This document shows positions 60,579-64,000 of a stretch of DNA of 64,000 bases, one piece after another; position 1 is the first letter of the stretch; each line of letters starts with the position of its first letter. This DNA comes from an uncultured Blautia sp. (GTDB lineage: Bacteria; Bacillota; Clostridia; Lachnospirales; Lachnospiraceae). The notes beneath the pieces were generated by a model. The model searched no databases and was not told the DNA's origin. It worked only from the letters and a program-made list of their open reading frames with translations. The stretch is taken from assembly GCA_900551715.1 (NCBI GenBank), contig URXG01000005.1, positions 127 through 64,126 of the forward strand. The letters run 5' to 3'. The translations under genes were made by a program, and so were the position numbers.

Positions 60579-61526
60579 TTGTCTTTTTCGGGGATGGTGA
60601 AAGAAGAACTTTCCAGACAGGTAGGAACCGCAAGACACTGCAGAATTGCAGAAACAGCAGCTCTGCTCAGTGCCTGTGGCAAAATGTCCGCAGAAGGTCA
60701 TCTGAAATTTCAGACAGAAAATGAAGCTGTTGTAAGAAAGTACTTTACATTGCTCAAAAAAACCTTTAATATAGATACAGCAGTATGTATCCATGAAAGC
60801 CGCCGGCTGAAAAAGGGAACTGTTTATTATGTGGGAATAACAGATCCGGTTCAGGTGAAAAATGTACTTCAGGGAATGAAGCTTTCGGTGGATAACACAG
60901 ACGGAGAAACGTTATATGCAGGGAACAGTCTGATCATTCAGCAGAGTTGCTGCAAAAGGGCGTTTATCCGGGGGGCTTTTCTTGCATCCGGTTCGATCAG
61001 TGATCCTGAGAAGGGATATCATTTTGAGATTGTAAGTCCTGATGAAAGAAAGGCAAAACAGTTACAGGAGCTAATTCGCAGTTTCCAGATAGATGCCAAG
61101 ATTGTTCTGCGCAAGAAAGTGCATGTGGTCTATGTGAAGGAAGGTGCGCAGATTGTTGATATGCTTGCAGTGATGGAAGCAAATGTGGCACTGATGAATC
61201 TGGAGAATATACGTATTCTTAAAGAAATGCGTAATTCAGTGAACCGAAAGGTTAATTGTGAAACAGCGAATATTAATAAGACGGTGAATGCAGCAGTGAA
61301 GCAGATTGAAGACATCAGACTGATCGAGAGCAGGACGGGACTCCGGAATCTCAGCGAAGGTCTGGCAGAAATCGCAGAACTGAGATTGCAGTATCCGGAG
61401 GCAACACTAAAAGAATTAGGGATGATGTTAAATCCGCAGGTAGGCAAGTCAGGGGTAAATCACCGCTTAAGAAAATTAAGCGAGATAGCAGATGGGCTGC
61501 GGATGAACAAGGAGGATTTATTATGA
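60579..61526 (+). CDS. whiA: DNA-binding protein WhiA
   Basis: MSFS..VKEEL, GAFLASGSISDPEKGYHFE, NRKVNCETANI, KSGVNHRLRK. Confidence 0.95.
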   Translation: MSFSGMVKEELSRQVGTARHCRIAETAALLSACGKMSAEGHLKFQTENEAVVRKYFTLLKKTFNIDTAVCIHESRRLKKGTVYYVGITDPVQVKNVLQGMKLSVDNTDGETLYAGNSLIIQQSCCKRAFIRGAFLASGSISDPEKGYHFEIVSPDERKAKQLQELIRSFQIDAKIVLRKKVHVVYVKEGAQIVDMLAVMEANVALMNLENIRILKEMRNSVNRKVNCETANINKTVNAAVKQIEDIRLIESRTGLRNLSEGLAEIAELRLQYPEATLKELGMMLNPQVGKSGVNHRLRKLSEIADGLRMNKEDLL

Positions 61527-61780
61527 TTAAAAAGCCAATCACGATTCAACTGTCAACAGGTCTTGAGGCACGTCCGGTTGCTCAGCTGGTACAGGTGGCT
61601 AGCCAGTTTAACAGTGAGATATATGTTGAGATTGGACAGAAAAAAGTAAATGCAAAGAGTATTATGGGGATGATGACATTGGGGCTGGACTCCGGAGAGC
61701 AGATCACCCTTTCCGCTAATGGTGAGGATGAGGAGGCCGCTATGACAAGTATAGAGAAATATCTGAGTAACAATCAGTAA
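61523..61780 (+). CDS. HPr-family (Crh-like) protein
   Basis: GLEARP (E at the His15 position) and VNAKSIMG (Ser46 site). Confidence 0.9.
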   Translation: MIKKPITIQLSTGLEARPVAQLVQVASQFNSEIYVEIGQKKVNAKSIMGMMTLGLDSGEQITLSANGEDEEAAMTSIEKYLSNNQ

Positions 61781-61789
61781 ATAGCAGCG

Positions 61790-61836
61790 AAAGCATTGCG
61801 GCGGAAGAAGACCAGTTCCAAAGCAATGCTTTTTTC
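61790..61836 (+). terminator. Intrinsic terminator
   Basis: AAAGCATTGC...GCAATGCTTTTTT. Confidence 0.7.
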
Positions 61837-61986
61837 TTTTGGTTTCTTCTATATTAATATAAGTTGACCATGATAAAAAAACAGGTTATAATAAGAACAC
61901 TTATGTTACTGAACGTTGTTGTGAAAAGCAACTGCTGAAAACAGTGACTGTATGAAGAATGAAGCGAATAAAGCGAGGGAGAACAA

Positions 61987-63063
61987 ATGTCAAAATTTTT
62001 AAAGTTTATAGTACATTTTGTTGTGATCTGCACGATTGCCTGTATTCTGGGTCTTGCGTTGCCACCTTTTTTCGGTATCAAGACAGTGATCGTTGACACA
62101 TCAGAAAAAACCACAAACATGCAGTTTGGTTCCGTTACCTATGCCATTCCGGTGAAAACAGTTGAGGTATCACCTGGAACTCCGATTCTGGTGCAGAAGG
62201 ACGGACAGACTTACCGTTATAATCTGTTATCTGTAAATACCAGCGACCAGACAGGAATCGCAGTAGACCCTACAGGTTCCATTCAGGAAAACATTAACGT
62301 GTCCGTAAAGAACTGGGTACAGAAGGTGGTTATTACAATACCTTTCATGGCATATTTCCTTGTGGCAACACAGAGTGTAGAGGGAATGATCGTCCTCGGT
62401 CTGGTGGTTCTGTTTCTGATCATCCTGTATGTGATCGCAGAGCTCTGCAAGAAAGATCCGGAAGAGGATTATGAATACGAAGACGCCAGAGGCGACCGCA
62501 GACGTATCAAAACTGCAAAAGAACTTAAATTGGAAGAAAAAGCACGTGCCAAACAGATGAAACGTGAAGATAAAGAACTTCTTCATGGAGACAAAGAACG
62601 GAGAAAGCAGGCGCGCAAAGAAGAAAAGAAGAGCCGCAAGAAGATCCGGACAGGCGGCTTTGTAGATGAGATTTATGAAGATGAACTGGAGGAGACATCT
62701 GTTCCGGAAAAACCAGATACCCGTCCTGCCAGTAACATGCAGGCGGCTGCAAGTGAGGCTCATGAGCTTCTTAAGAAAGAAATTGCAGCAGCAACTGCCG
62801 AAGAGGAACCGGCAGCAGAGGAAATCCGCCAGGAGACAGTTTCAGAAGTGATTCCTGAAGCGGAAGAACCGGTGGAAGCGACAGAACCGGAAGAACCGGT
62901 AGAAATAAAGAGACTGGCAATCCCCAGATATACAGCATCCCAGCTTGCAGACAAAGCCAGAAAGGCGGGGGATGCTCCGGATATTGTGAGGGATTCCATT
63001 ACAAAAGTTACGCTTCTGGATTACTCAGATATCATTGGTGGAGACGAAGAAATAGAAGAATAA
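61987..63063 (+). CDS. SipW-like (S26) membrane protein lacking catalytic motifs, with a long charged cytoplasmic tail
   Basis: TM, FG...V.......GS, beta domain, KVVITIPFMAY, TM topology. Promoter TTGACC-N17-TATAAT at 61864-61892. Confidence 0.6.
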   Translation: MSKFLKFIVHFVVICTIACILGLALPPFFGIKTVIVDTSEKTTNMQFGSVTYAIPVKTVEVSPGTPILVQKDGQTYRYNLLSVNTSDQTGIAVDPTGSIQENINVSVKNWVQKVVITIPFMAYFLVATQSVEGMIVLGLVVLFLIILYVIAELCKKDPEEDYEYEDARGDRRRIKTAKELKLEEKARAKQMKREDKELLHGDKERRKQARKEEKKSRKKIRTGGFVDEIYEDELEETSVPEKPDTRPASNMQAAASEAHELLKKEIAAATAEEEPAAEEIRQETVSEVIPEAEEPVEATEPEEPVEIKRLAIPRYTASQLADKARKAGDAPDIVRDSITKVTLLDYSDIIGGDEEIEE

Positions 63064-63092
63064 TTGTATTTAAAAAAAAACAAAAAAAGCCC

Positions 63093-63121
63093 TTGCATTT
63101 TGCAGGGGCTTTGTGTATACT
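63093..63121 (+). promoter_or_regulatory. S10 operon promoter embedded in a terminator-like hairpin
   Basis: TTGCAT-N17-TATACT; hairpin AAAGCCCTTGCA/TGCAGGGGCTTT at 63086-63112. Confidence 0.7.
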
Positions 63122-63127
63122 AATATC

Positions 63128-63335
63128 TGCTGTGACATGATAGCTATGAAGCATGAGGTTGCCGCCTGAGAATGGCGGGTTTTCTGTGGAGCGAATGTCA
63201 AGTTAGGAAACTGACGACAAGTCACTGTACAAGTTCAGAAACCATCAACGGGATGGACGTGTGTAAAGAAGTCGAAAGACACACACGGAGATGTGTACAG
63301 TCGCCGCTTGTCGTACTGCATAATTGAGTACGAAT
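63128..63335 (+). ncRNA. Structured ribosomal-protein leader (S10-Clostridia-type)
   Basis: About 220-nt 5' UTR of rpsJ with pairing GTGAC/GTCAC, GCCGCC/GGCGGG, GTCA/TGAC and CGTGTGT/ACACACG. Confidence 0.7.
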
Positions 63336-63352
63336 AGGAGGAGACTTTTTTT

Positions 63353-63670
63353 ATGGCAAATCAGGTAATGAGAATCACTTTAAAAGCTTATGATCATCAG
63401 TTAGTAGATGCATCAGCAGCAAAAATCATCGATACTGTTAAAAAGAATGGAGCAACTGTTAGTGGACCGGTTCCGCTTCCTACTAAGAAGGAAGTAGTTA
63501 CAATCTTAAGAGCTGTTCACAAATACAAAGATTCCAGAGAGCAGTTTGAACAGAGAACTCATAAGAGACTGATCGATATCATGACCCCAACCCAGAAAAC
63601 AGTTGACGCTCTGTCAAGACTGGAAATGCCGGCTGGTGTTCACATTGATATCAAAATGAAAAACAAATAA
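63353..63670 (+). CDS. rpsJ: 30S ribosomal protein S10
   Basis: [27 protein letters not shown]. Confidence 0.98.
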   Translation: MANQVMRITLKAYDHQLVDASAAKIIDTVKKNGATVSGPVPLPTKKEVVTILRAVHKYKDSREQFEQRTHKRLIDIMTPTQKTVDALSRLEMPAGVHIDIKMKNK

Positions 63671-63758
63671 TTAATTTGTTTTTTGATATCCGAAAGGATA
63701 TTTCAAAATAACTATATGATTGCCGAAACTGGTAATCCGCTATAAGGAGGAAGAAAGA

Positions 63759-64000
63759 ATGAAGAAAGCTATTTTAGCTACTAAAGTCGGAATGACTCAG
63801 ATCTTCAATGAAGACGGTCTTCTGATCCCGGTGACCGTTTTACAGGCTGGCCCTTGCGTAGTTACTCAGGTTAAAACTGAAGACAACGATGGATACACAG
63901 CAGTTCAGGTGGGATACGGTGACATCAGAGAAAAACTGGTGAACAAACCGGAAAAAGGACACTTCGATAAAGCAGGCGTTGCTGCTAAGAGATTTGTTAA
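63759..64000 (+). CDS. rplC: 50S ribosomal protein L3 (3'-partial)
   Basis: [16 protein letters not shown]...[10 protein letters not shown]...[10 protein letters not shown]. Confidence 0.96.
   Translation, partial: MKKAILATKVGMTQIFNEDGLLIPVTVLQAGPCVVTQVKTEDNDGYTAVQVGYGDIREKLVNKPEKGHFDKAGVAAKRFV

Overview
Chromosomal window of a spore-forming Clostridia bacterium (gene content and order suggest Lachnospiraceae, Blautia-like; this is inference). Bases 1-9200 look like the right end of an accessory island: a 5'-partial CooC-like ATPase, a LytTR/GHKL two-component pair, two GH3 glycosidases and a GtrA-like membrane protein. A highly structured non-coding stretch follows, then an IS30-family element with a Cys-rich transposase and five copies of a 21-bp end motif, sitting just upstream of a CIRCE-controlled clpB. 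The rest is mostly core genome: MarR plus a heterodimeric ABC exporter, helD, hslO, nadE, addBA, an RsmF-like gene, a PadR/DUF1700/DUF4097/PspC operon, an ABC permease with a very long coiled coil, valS, an LTA-synthase-family gene, folC, spoIIAA-spoIIAB-sigF, preQ1-queT, a rearranged and inverted spoVA cluster, TcdA-like/murB/rapZ/whiA/HPr and the start of the S10 operon. The most interesting observations are the multi-motif IS30 ends with the adjacent structured element, a miniature T-box-like leader with a non-canonical bulge before valS, a SipW-like protein lacking catalytic residues, a small regulator islet with tandem Spo0A boxes, and an acidic insertion in NadE. No CRISPR array, tRNA or rRNA was seen. 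All calls are by eye, with no database searches.
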